Part shown: one piece after another, positions 1 through 9,440 of the stretch
Layout of the letters: each line of letters begins with the position of its first letter
Position numbering within the stretch: position 1 is the first letter of the stretch
Assembly: GCF_006345805.1 (NCBI RefSeq)
Contig: NW_021835149.1
Location: forward strand, 1 to 37,396
DNA length: 37,396 nucleotides
Source: Octopus sinensis
Lineage: Eukaryota
Reading direction: 5' to 3'
Translations under genes and position numbers: made by a program
The notes under the pieces: model-generated
Databases searched by the model: none
What the model was told of the DNA's origin: nothing
What the model saw: only the letters and a program-made list of their open reading frames with translations

Positions 1-590
1 CTCTTTCGGAGGACTTTCCGATCGGGAACTATCAAGGATATTTTCCAGATGTCTTTGACCAGGCAGTGCTACTGTGGGGAGCTACCGGTACGGATGTATT
101 GTCAGACAGGTTTGTCCAAGGTGCGTGCAGTGACGAAACCGTTCTGCACGCACAGGTTCAGTGTCCAGGCATTGCTTACTTGTGGGGTTATGTCGAACAG
201 CTGCTGTCACGTGTGGGACGGATCCGTCTGTCGGCGGAGTCTGTAGCTATGATCACCTTAACGCCCTCCTTCAATCGGGCAGGCAATGCAGTTTTCCTAT
301 GCTTGGTGGTTATAGCGAAAGAGGTTGTTTGGTGGACAAAGCTGAAAAGCATGGGGACAGATGCATTCCCCTTTGGTAGAGATCTCATTGACTTCTTCAA
401 GTTTCACTTGAAAAGGAAATTGAGAGTGAAGAGGGAAAATGCTGGCCTCGAGTGAGTTTATTGAAAGGTGAGTGACAGCTGCGAAAATGGCAAGAGTGGA
501 TGATACCTCTTTAAGTGTAGACCTGTGAGCCGGAGAGAAGGAATTGAAGAGGGCACTTGCTCTTGGGGTTTCAGGAAAATCTCGGACAGT
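1..590 (+). mobile_element. Degenerate Tx1/L1-clade LINE, ORF2 C-terminal region and start of 3' UTR
   Basis: Frameshifted reading ...ELPVR(D)...SDETVLHAQVQCPGIAYLWGYVEQLL...KEVVWWTKLK...FFKFHLKRKLRV...AAKMARVDDTSLSVDL* resembles the zf-RVT (ET-x2-H-x4-CP) C-terminus of L1/Tx1 ORF2. Related relics at about 10400-10990 (-) and 31020-31420 (+). Confidence 0.65.
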
Positions 591-1402
591 CAAGGTCAGC
601 GAGGTGCATCAAAAATGGTGAAGATGCTGTTGAAATCCAACCTGAATGCCAAAAATTTGATTACTGCAATGAATGTCTTGGCAGTTGCGGTGGTCAGATA
701 TAATGCGTCCATCCTCAACACTGGATAGAAGAACGAGAGATTTTATGGCGCTGTATGGGGCGCTACACCCTAAAGCAAACGTAAACGGACTGTGTAGGTA
801 AAGAAAGAATTGTATAGACCATTGTATAAGGAGTGAAAAGAGAACGCTTGCCGAGTATTTGATAAATAGCGATGAAGACCTTCTGCAACATGCCGCAAAA
901 GATATGGGAGTAAATGATGGGCAAGGAAGAGTTTAACTAAAGAGCTGAGGAGAAGAGAAAAGAAGACCTTCTTGAAATGAGAACGCATAAACAGTTTGAA
1001 AGGAATATACAAGACGCTAAGGATAATACAGCATCATGGGTATGGCTTGGGAGAGGTGATCTGAAGCATACCACCGAAAGCCTGATCATTGCTGCACAAG
1101 ACCAGGCTCTCGCGGGTCCATATTTCGGTGATAGTAGCAAATATTCCACCAAATGACATGAATGTTGTGAGTAAAGAGGTTGAAAATATCACCAAGTACT
1201 CCGCCGAATTGAACGTGGAAATGGCAAGACTGTGGAATGCGAGAGGCTAATGTAAAAGTGATATCAGTGGTGAAGTATTTCATCTATAAAACTTCTGACA
1301 CCCTGAAATGCAGACTCTGTGGAAAGAATGTGGAAAATGTGACCCACCTGGTAAGTGGATGTAAGGGCCTTGCACAAAAAGAATACAAGCGCCGCCACAA
1401 TA

Positions 1403-1453
<51 letters not shown>

Positions 1454-1923
1454 TTCATTGGCTCTTATGCCGTAAATACGAATACGAAGTAACAGAGAAC
1501 TGGTATGAACGTGTACCAAGTAAAGTTATGCAGGAGGATGGAAAAGTAACGATACTCTGGGACTATGATTTTTCAGACAAATACTGTCAGATCATTGATG
1601 TAGCCATGCGAAATGACATGAATATTGTGAGTAAAAAGGTTGAGAGAATCACCAAGTACTCCGAACTGAAAGTAGAAATGGCAAGATAGTATGGAATGCG
1701 AGAGGTAATGTGAAAGTGATAGCAGTGGTGATCGGAGAGTTGGGCTCAATCCCATTGAAACTTCAAGACTTGTTATGGCAACTGGAAATCCCATGCAAGA
1801 TTGATGTCTTGCAAAAAGCAGCCTTACTTAAGGAAAGCATTATCTGTCTGAGGTCCTTGTTGTGACTTGACTCCGGTGCATTTTTACCTACACTGTTTTA
1901 CGAAGGAATAATTATAATAATAA
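590..1923 (+). mobile_element. Decayed R4/Dong-clade non-LTR retrotransposon (RT thumb, CCHC zinc finger, REL endonuclease, 3' UTR)
   Basis: Motifs in order across frames: LLKSNLNAKNLITAMNVLAVAVVRY, LHPKANV, TESLIIAAQDQAL, CRLCGKNVENVTHLVSGC (CCHC), YKRRHNKV, ILWDY, CQIIDVA, ITKY, LQKAALL. Multiple stops and frameshifts. Ends in a (TAA)n-like tract at about 1905-1923. Confidence 0.82.
1405..1452. repeat. (GT)24 microsatellite inside the R4/Dong ORF remnant
   Basis: Perfect GT run between codons RHNK and LHW; 48 nt, so the frame is kept. Confidence 0.95.
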
Positions 1924-2143
1924 TCAACATGGCTCAAAAAGATTGGTAAAAATGTAAAAGTAGAACACCTCCAAAAATCAGAATTGCTTGGAACTGGAAG
2001 AATTCTTTGCAGGGTTCTTGAAGCATGACCTGTAAACAAGTGTCACCTTAGTCTGCTGGCTGTGGACAGCTGACACTTTCCATCATCCCCAGCAAAATAA
2101 GCTGAGAGATTTCATCAAATAATAATAATGATAATAACAATAA
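1924..2143 (+). mobile_element. Second, strongly 5'-truncated R4/Dong 3' end
   Basis: Reads TWLKKIGKNVKVEHLQKSELLGTGRILCRVLEA* (the LQKS-x-LLGT-x-RIL terminus of R4/Dong ORFs), then a short UTR and an AATAATAATGATAAT tract. Confidence 0.75.
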
Positions 2144-2144
2144 T

Positions 2145-2337
2145 TTCAAATTTTGGCACCAGGCCAGCAATTTTGGGGTGAGGATAAGTCGTTTACATAG
2201 ACCCCAGTGTCTTAATGGGCCTTATTTTATCGAAAAAACAATAAAAGGTAAAGTCGACCTCGGCGGAATTTGAACTCAGAACGTACAGACGGATGAAATG
2301 CTGTAAGCATTTAGCCCGCCGTGCTAACGATTCTGCA
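2145..2337 (-). mobile_element. tRNA-derived SINE, family A
   Basis: Minus strand GCAGAATCGTTAGCAC...GTTCTGAGTTCAAATTCCGCCGAGGTCGAC (B-box-like). Same sequence recurs at 5752-6140, 7628-7750, 21120-21510 and 32141-32275. Confidence 0.85.
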
Positions 2338-2899
2338 ACAACAACAAGGATAATATTCACCGTTCGTTTGCGGTCCACTGAGCTCTCTCGTTATGAGAAA
2401 TTGATCAAAATTTGCGCTGTTTTTAAAAGCTAATATATTTCTTTCTAGATGAGGTCGCGCCATGTTATATCGACAGTATTTAAGGCCTGTCATGATTTCA
2501 TAAGCAATAATTGAAGCATGCCTGTTTAGTAGTTTAGACTCTCAGTGTCACTTGGTCTTTTGAACTAGTCCAGGCACTAAAAGCGTTCGTATGAACATCA
2601 GTTACGCTTTGCAGATTCTTGTTTGTCTCTCGCTAACCTAAAACCACTTTAATATATATAGCATCAGAGTAAATATTTTCCAAGATTTCTTCATTTACCA
2701 AACTCTGAAGAATGTCGTTAAATATGTTCAGCGTTAGCAGTATTTGTGTGTATGTTATTCACTCTCTTTTCTTTCATTTTTTTGTATTTTACGCATTTAT
2801 TTGTTTAATTTTTCTCACTTAAGTGTATCGGTGTGTGGACGTGTATGTACAGGGATGTGCGTATGTACGCGGGAGTTTGACTGTTTAATTGTGCGAATG

Positions 2900-3112
2900 T
2901 ATGAATACATATATGCACGTGTATATACGTATCTATTCTTGTGTGCGTGTGTGTATGTATCTATGTATATATTTATATATATGTATACTTAAAAATATAT
3001 ATAATATATTATATATATATATATATATATATTACATATATATATATAATATATATATACATACATATTTATCTAAGTGTGCTTATTTGTGTATGTGTGT
3101 GTGTATAAGCTG

Positions 3113-3152
<40 letters not shown>

Positions 3153-3800
3153 ACATATCTGTCTATTTATCTATCTGTCTATCTTTCTATCTATCTATCC
3201 ATTTATCTCTCTCTCTCTCACTATCTATCTATTTATCTACCTACCTATCTATCTGTCTCTCTTACTCTCTTCATGTGTGCTAATGTGTGTGTGTGCTTTT
3301 GTGTGACTAAGTATATATATAATATATATATATATACACACATATATATTTAATGTATATATATATATATATACGTATATATACATATAAATATATATAT
3401 ATATACGTATATTTATATATATATACATATATATATGTGTGTCTGTGTGTGTGTGTGTACATTAAATATATATATATATATCCTTCTATTTATGTATCTA
3501 TCTGTATTTACGAAACAAAATATCACTTTAGTTAACAAACAATATATCAGACTATCAAACAATCTATCTCCCACTCTTTCCTTCTTTCTTTCTCTCTTTC
3601 TTTCTCCCCCCTCTCTCTCTTTCTCTCAAACACACATCTTGCTAAATGTTACTGTAGCAATATATATGTCTAACCCTCATTTTTCCTTCTCCACCCACTC
3701 CTCCTTCAACACCTCTCCTTATTTTCCCTCCACCTCTCTCTCTCTCTCTCACACACACACATACATACACGCACACACAATTATGCGCACGCACACATTA
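2900..3800. repeat. Compound microsatellite block (TA, TG, TATC, TC, CA)
   Basis: Directly visible; explains the low-complexity ORFs here. Confidence 0.9.
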
Positions 3801-4068
3801 ATACTGACATATACACAGATACACTTCCTTGCTCTTAGTCACAAATATATTTATAAATGAACTTATAAAATATTTATTTTTTCCCGCTCACAGGGGAAAT
3901 AAACGAAATGACATCAAAACCTATCTGTATTATCTGCTTCACAAATACTAATAAGCGATATTTAACAGCGGATGACATGATTTCATAAATATGGAAGCGA
4001 AAACACGAGATGGGTAGTTGATGTCAAACCTTTATCCGAAGGGGTTAATCTCTTGAATTAAATGGATA

Positions 4069-4440
4069 AGCTAAAGTATTGATTCTTAAGCATTTTTCTT
4101 TCATGACCCCATTTTTCACCACGAGATTTTTCGCGACCCCAGATATTAAATATAAGTTTGTGAAATTACATATATTTATTTCGGTCATTTGGCTGAATTT
4201 AATTTTCGCGACCTCATTTGGGGTTGTGGCCCATAGTTTAAGAAACGCTGAGCTAAAGTATTGATTCTTAAACATTTTTCATCCATGACCCCATTTTTCA
4301 TCACGACATTTTTCGTGACCCCAGGTATTAAATATAAGTTTGTGAAATAACATATAGTTGTTTCGGTCATATGGTTGAATTTAATTTTCGCGACCTCATT
4401 TGGGGTCGTGGCCCATAGTTTAAGAAACGCTGAGCTGAAG
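4069..4440. mobile_element. Two tandem copies of a 174-bp hAT/Charlie-like MITE (period 182 bp)
   Basis: Units 4077-4250 and 4259-4432 are near-identical and end in GTTTAAGAAACGCTG (rc CAGCGTTTCTTAAAC, Charlie-type TIR). They are bounded by 8-mers AGCTAAAG / AGCTAAAG / AGCTGAAG. Confidence 0.75.
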
Positions 4441-4583
4441 TATTGATTGTAGACCCTTTTTAATGTATGAATCCCTTTCATTCCTAATTTTACTCGGGTG
4501 GATCCTCATAGCCATTCGATGTTTAAAATGTCCCGTTATATTTTCATCCGTAAATATTATTAGGAAATGTACGAAATATTCAA

Positions 4584-5023
4584 GTAAAGATTGTTTGCCA
4601 ACATGACATGGCAGTCCTGGTTTAGGACTAATGTTGCTGTAATTTAGCCCCAGGAGACATTGTCTCCAGCTGGCTATACGATACACTCTGTGTCCTTATA
4701 TTTTCGAACAAGGGAATCTAGCACTCCCCACTCAGCTCAAAATAATATCTGTGTATCGCGATTTCAGGGTTATTTCTCTTCATCAGCACCGAATAATTGT
4801 TCGGCTAAAGGTGGTGCTGCCAAATTCCTGTTCGAAATATATAGGTTTCAAAGTGGCAACTAGTTACTGATTTATAAATTAGAAAATTACTATTTTTAAA
4901 TCTCACAACGTCAGATATTCAGCAAACCAGGACTGCCATGTTATGTCGTCAAACAATCTTTACTACAAAGTACTGTTGCTGAATATCTCACATTGTGAGA
5001 TTTACAAATAGTAATTTTCTAAA
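4584..5023 (-). mobile_element. Non-coding Penelope-like/retrozyme-like insertion with internal inverted repeats and a hammerhead motif
   Basis: Flanked by 15-bp near-direct repeats GTACGAAATATTCAA (4569-4583) and GTACGAAACATTGAA (5024-5038). Inverted pairs about 4583-4625/4923-4965 and 4879-4925/4976-5022. Contains the hammerhead core listed next. Confidence 0.6.
4749..4791 (-). ncRNA. Minimal type-I hammerhead ribozyme motif
   Basis: Minus strand cgGTG-CTGATGA-AGAGaaataaCCCT-GAAA-TCGCGA-TA-CACag. Intact CUGAUGA/GAAA/UH core, stem I GUG:CAC, stem II 3 of 4 bp, palindromic stem III (AUCGCGAU), predicted cleavage after AUA. Confidence 0.72.
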
Positions 5024-5329
5024 GTACGAAACATTGAAATATTTTGTGTATTTTAAAAGTGTGACCAAGTTTATAGCACATAAATTTTAACCAGAAAATA
5101 CTGTATTGACCCCAAAGAGTGTTACGGACCCCGGGTGAAAGCCACAGAGCCAAAAGAAGAGACTCAACTCAGGATTCAGGATTTGGATATCCAAAGGGGA
5201 TTTGCGTTTATTCTAGAAGTAAATAAATGCAATGATTAACCGGAAAGTTTCATATAATTTAAAGATGAAAAGACAATATGTTGTGAATTTCATGACTAAC
5301 TTTAATTAATGTAACTGAGGTAAGTGAAG

Positions 5330-5545
5330 GCACTTTACTTCACGTTCCTTCAGTTTCGTTCAGCTGTAAAAAAGAGTTGCGATGTCACTGGTGCCAAGCT
5401 GAATCGATCTTTGACTTTTCCTTGGATAACATTGCTGGAGTGAAGAGGGGAGGCTGGTATGCATGGGTGACTGCTGGTCTTTCATAAACAACCTGGGAGG
5501 GCACTTTGTAGGTGCAATCGTGACCGAAGTGGGGGCGGGATTACC
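5330..5545 (+). mobile_element. Body/3' part of another SINE family, headless
   Basis: CACTTTACTTCACGTT...CAGCTGTAAAAAAGAGTTGCG...GGAGGCTGGTATGCATGGG resembles a recalled octopus SINE body with a CORE-like central box; no A/B box left. Confidence 0.5.
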
Positions 5546-5751
5546 TTTGTTTTACAACAGCTTGAAATACCTGATGAGAATTTGAACGTAGGACTTAGTG
5601 TTTCAGAGTCTACCTATGCTTGTTTATTTACTTTTCTAGAGACACAGGGAACATTGAGCAGAAGAAAAAGAAACAGTAGAAGAGAAAAGAAAGACTAGAC
5701 AGACATAACCACAAGAGAGAGTGAGTGGGAGAGAGGGGTGATGCAGAAATT

Positions 5752-6140
5752 CTCTAGGCACAAGGCCCGAAATTTTTGAGGAGGGGGGCAGTCGATTGGA
5801 TCGACCCCAGTACGCAACTGGTACTTAATATATCGACCTCGAAAGAACGAAAGGCAAAGTCGACCTCGGCGGAATTTGAGCTCAGAACGTAGCGGCAGAC
5901 GAAATACCTATTTCTTTATTGCCCACAAGGGGCTAAACATAGAGGGGACAAACAAGGACAGACATAGGTATTAAGTCGATTATATCGACCCCAGTGCGTA
6001 ACTGATACTTAATTTATCGACCCCGATAGGATGAAGGCAAAGTTGACCTCGGCGGAATTTGAACTCAGAACGTAAAGACAGACGAAATGCCGCTAAGCAT
6101 TTCGTCCGGCGTGCTGACGTTTCTGCCAGTTCGCTGCCTT
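5752..6140 (-). mobile_element. Dimeric family-A SINE with target-site duplication
   Basis: Two head-to-tail monomers (about 5909-6140 and 5752-5908), each with a GTTCTGAG(T/C)TCAAATTCCGCCGAGGTC box. Flanked by GTGATGCAGAAATT (5738-5751) and GTGGTGCAGAAATT (6143-6156). Confidence 0.88.
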
Positions 6141-6324
6141 GAGTGGTGCAGAAATTGTGAAAGAAAAGATAATAAAGAAATTAATGAAAGGAAGAGGGAA
6201 AGAAGGAAGAAAGGAAGCAACAAAAGAAAATGGCGATTCCTTCTCCTAGACTTGATCAAAAGCATATTTTATCTTACAACAAAACTGATTTTCTGCATAG
6301 AGTATTAAATGTTGTTAGAACTAT

Positions 6325-6327
6325 TGT

Positions 6328-6360
<33 letters not shown>

Positions 6361-6367
6361 CGACGAC

Positions 6368-6398
<31 letters not shown>

Positions 6399-6540
6399 CC
6401 GATGCCGATGATGATGATGATGATGGTTATGATGACGATGATGATGATGATGATGACGATGATGATGATGATGATGGTTATGATGACGATGATGATGATG
6501 ATGATCTTCTTGTCGCTGCTGTATTTGATGTTAGTGTTGT

Positions 6541-6579
<39 letters not shown>

Positions 6580-6940
6580 CGCTATTGCCGCCATTGTTGT
6601 TGGGAGTGCTGGTCGTTGTTGTCGTCGTCGTCGTCGTTGTCGTCATTTTTCTTCTTCTTATAGCTGTTGCCATTGCTATTCCTGTTCTTGTACTTGCTGC
6701 TGCTGCTGCTGCTGCTGTTGTTGTTGTTGTTGTTGTTGTTGCCGTTGCCTTCTTTCTATTCATGTCGTTGCGACTATTATTGTTGTTGTTGTTGTTTTCG
6801 TTGACGCCGTTGCAACTATTGTTGCTGCGTGTTATTCGGGTTATTGCTATTGTTGTTGCTGGTGGAGACGTTGCTCTTGTTACTGTTGTTGCTCTTGTTG
6901 TTGTTGTTGTAGCTGTTTATTGTTGTTGTTGTTGTTGTAT
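6325..6940. repeat. Large compound trinucleotide tract (GAT/GAC, GCT, GTC, GTT)
   Basis: Directly visible; produces spurious poly-D, poly-M, poly-C and poly-I ORFs. Confidence 0.95.
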
Positions 6941-7493
6941 CTATGACGTAGACACAATGATAGAAACCCGATGGCGGCGCTGCCGCGTGCTTCCCCTATT
7001 ATTACCAACAAAGGCCTTTTCACTCACAGAATAACGCCAAACAACGATCACCTTTATTAAGAACAACAGCTTCCGATAGATTATTCACCAACAATTGATA
7101 ATAATACTCTACACATACCCGGGTTACACTGATCTCTCTCCCTCCCCCCTATCTCCCCTCTCCCTCCCTCTCTCCTTCCCCCTCTTTCCCTTCCCCCTCT
7201 CTCCCTCTTTCATTCTCTTCATTCGTTTTTCTTTCTTATCCCTATCTGCCTTTCATAATGTCTTCTTATTTGTCTTAAATCTTTCTTTCGTTCTTGCTTT
7301 CAGTTTTCGTTTCTTTCTTTCTCTCTTTCTTCTTTCCTTCACTGTCTTTTTTTCTTTCTTTTTCTTTGTATAGCTTTAAACGTTCTTTCATTCCTCTACA
7401 GTTTATTTCTCGACCTCTTTCTTTCTTTCTTTTCTTTTCTTTTAATCTTTACCTATCTTTATTTCTGTATTCCTTCTCATCCATCCATTCATA

Positions 7494-7626
<133 letters not shown>

Positions 7627-7627
7627 C

Positions 7628-7750
7628 GGTGAGCTGGCAGAATCGTTAGAGTTTCAGCTTTTCCTTATAGATCTTTACGTTCTGAGTTCGAATCCCGCCG
7701 TTGTCAACACTGCTCTTCATCGTTTAGGAGTCGTTAAAATAAAGTACAAC
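7628..7750 (+). mobile_element. Family-A SINE, degenerate partial copy
   Basis: GGTGAGCTGGCAGAATCGTTAG...GTTCTGAGTTCGAATCCCGCCG (A/B-box head). Confidence 0.75.
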
Positions 7751-7765
7751 TGAGATTGGTATATG

Positions 7766-7927
7766 CGCAAGTATGGGTGTGTGCTAAGAAGTTTGATTCC
7801 CAACTGCATGGCTCCGTGTTCAATCCCACTGCGTGGCACCTTGTCCAAGTGTCTTCTATTATACATTCGGACCGACCAAACCCTTGTGAGTGGATCGGGT
7901 TGACGGAAACTGAAAGAAGCCCGTCGT
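7766..7927 (+). mobile_element. Family-B SINE, 5' half
   Basis: GTTCAATCCCACTGCGTGGCACCTTG...CTTGTGAGTGGAT...GGAAACTGAAAGAAGCCCGTCG followed by (TA)n. Confidence 0.85.
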
Positions 7928-7951
7928 ATATATATATATATATATATATAG

Positions 7952-8160
7952 TTTTAGTTGTTTCAGTCATTTGACTGCGGCAATGCTGGAGCATCGTCTT
8001 TAGTCGAACAAATCAACCCCAGGACTTATTCTTTGTACGCCTAGTACTTATTCTAACAGTCTTTTTTGCCGAACCGTTAAGTTACGGGAAGTAAACATAC
8101 CAACATCGGTTGTCAAGTGATGGCGGAAGGACAAACATAGGCGCGCACACACACACACAT

Positions 8161-8195
<35 letters not shown>

Positions 8196-8355
8196 CAAAC
8201 AAACACACACATATATATATATATATATGATGGGCTTCTTTCAGTTTCCCTCAGGCTATAGAAGAAGACACTTGCCTAAAGTGCCACGCAATGAGACTGA
8301 ACACGGAACCATGTGGTTGGTAAGCAAGCTACATACCACACAGCCACTTCTGTGC
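7952..8355 (-). mobile_element. Family-B SINE with internal (TA)/(TG) microsatellite and internal deletion
   Basis: Head GTGGCTGTGTGGTA on the minus strand and tail GCTCCAGCAT...CAGTCAAATGACTGAAACAA; same family as 11124-11564. Confidence 0.85.
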
Positions 8356-8427
8356 CAATACATACAAATATACATATGCATATGTATATATACATATACA
8401 TACACATATATATATACATAAGTATAT

Positions 8428-8662
8428 ATTATGTGTTCCTTCTAGAACCATGACTGGCTCATAAGGGCCGGTTTCCCGGTTTCCTTCGCGTATGGGTTCC
8501 CCACCTGGACGGGACGCCGATCCATCGCAGGTAAGCTGCAAGATGCAGGAGGACAATTGAGAGAAATTTGTGGCGAAAGAGTCATCGCCCGGTCCGAGAT
8601 TCGAACCCGCGATCCCTAGACCGCGAATCTGCTGCTCTAACCACTAGACCATGTGTCTCCAC
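8428..8662 (-). mobile_element. Family-C tRNA-head SINE, tail variant 4
   Basis: Head GGAGACACATGGTCTAGTGGTTAGAGCAGCAGATTCGCGGTC...GGGTTCGAATCTC, then CCTGCGATGGATCGGCGTCCCGTCCAGG body. Confidence 0.8.
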
Positions 8663-8713
8663 ACACGCACACACACACATACACCACATATATATATATA
8701 TATATGCACACAC

Positions 8714-8753
<40 letters not shown>

Positions 8754-9440
8754 TTACATGTATTTATGTATATGTGCTCATAGACTGTGTGCATCATGTA
8801 CAACCTGTCTGAAATAAGTTTCACAGAAAAGTCAATTAGCCCAAACAAGCGAGCAGCCGGCTTAGTTAAAGCAATATTAGCGAGACAAACAATGGCTGTA
8901 TTAAGGAGAATTACGATTGTCTTTTTGATAAATAACGTTGGAGTGGCTTTACACACAGATTCAATGAGAGTTTATTATTAATTCATTGCATGACGTATCT
9001 TCTCTGGCTCAAAAGCTTTGCGTGTTGCGTTCTCTTAAGTCGACAGCGTCATCGTATCTTCTTGGTTTTGTCTTCTTCAATCACGGCGGTTTCCTAAATG
9101 TAATTTCATCCAACAGGTTCGTTCGTTTCACGAAGAATGTTTACACCGTATCCATATGGTTTTTCTAATTCTCCCACATATATGAAGAATCGAATTATAC
9201 ATATATATATATATATATACATAGTACATATATATATATATATACAGATATATACATACATATATATATATTATATATATATATATATTATATATATATA
9301 TATACTTATGTGTGTGTGTGTGTGTGGTGTGTGTGTGTGTGTGTGTGTGTATGTACATATATATATACATATATATACATATATATACGTATGAACTATG
9401 TGTGTGTGCGTGTGTATGTGTACGTGCGTGTGTGTGTGTA

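Larger units (their letters stand above)
4441..5155. mobile_element. Second hAT-like MITE family, split by an insertion at 4584-5023
   Basis: Left part (GACCCTTTT...CCCTTTCATTCC) and right part (AAATATTTTGTGTATTTTA...GACCCC...GGACCCCGGGTGAAAGCCACAG) resemble the MITE at 36252-36429. Followed by AGCCAAAA, a 6/8 match to AGCTAAAG. Confidence 0.6.

Noticed and set aside
4069-4448. Short repeat occurring three times with regular spacing, superficially CRISPR-like
   Set aside because: The spacers are near-identical 174-bp units, the DNA is eukaryotic and there are no cas genes.
5571-5592. CTGATGA-GAATTT-GAAC-GTA hammerhead-like string
   Set aside because: GAAA is incomplete and stems I and II are not supported.
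6230-7034. 238-241 aa ORFs with poly-D, poly-M, poly-A, poly-C (biomineral- or reflectin-like look)
   Set aside because: All frames are open only because of trinucleotide repeats; no reflectin motif, splice signals or non-repetitive domain.
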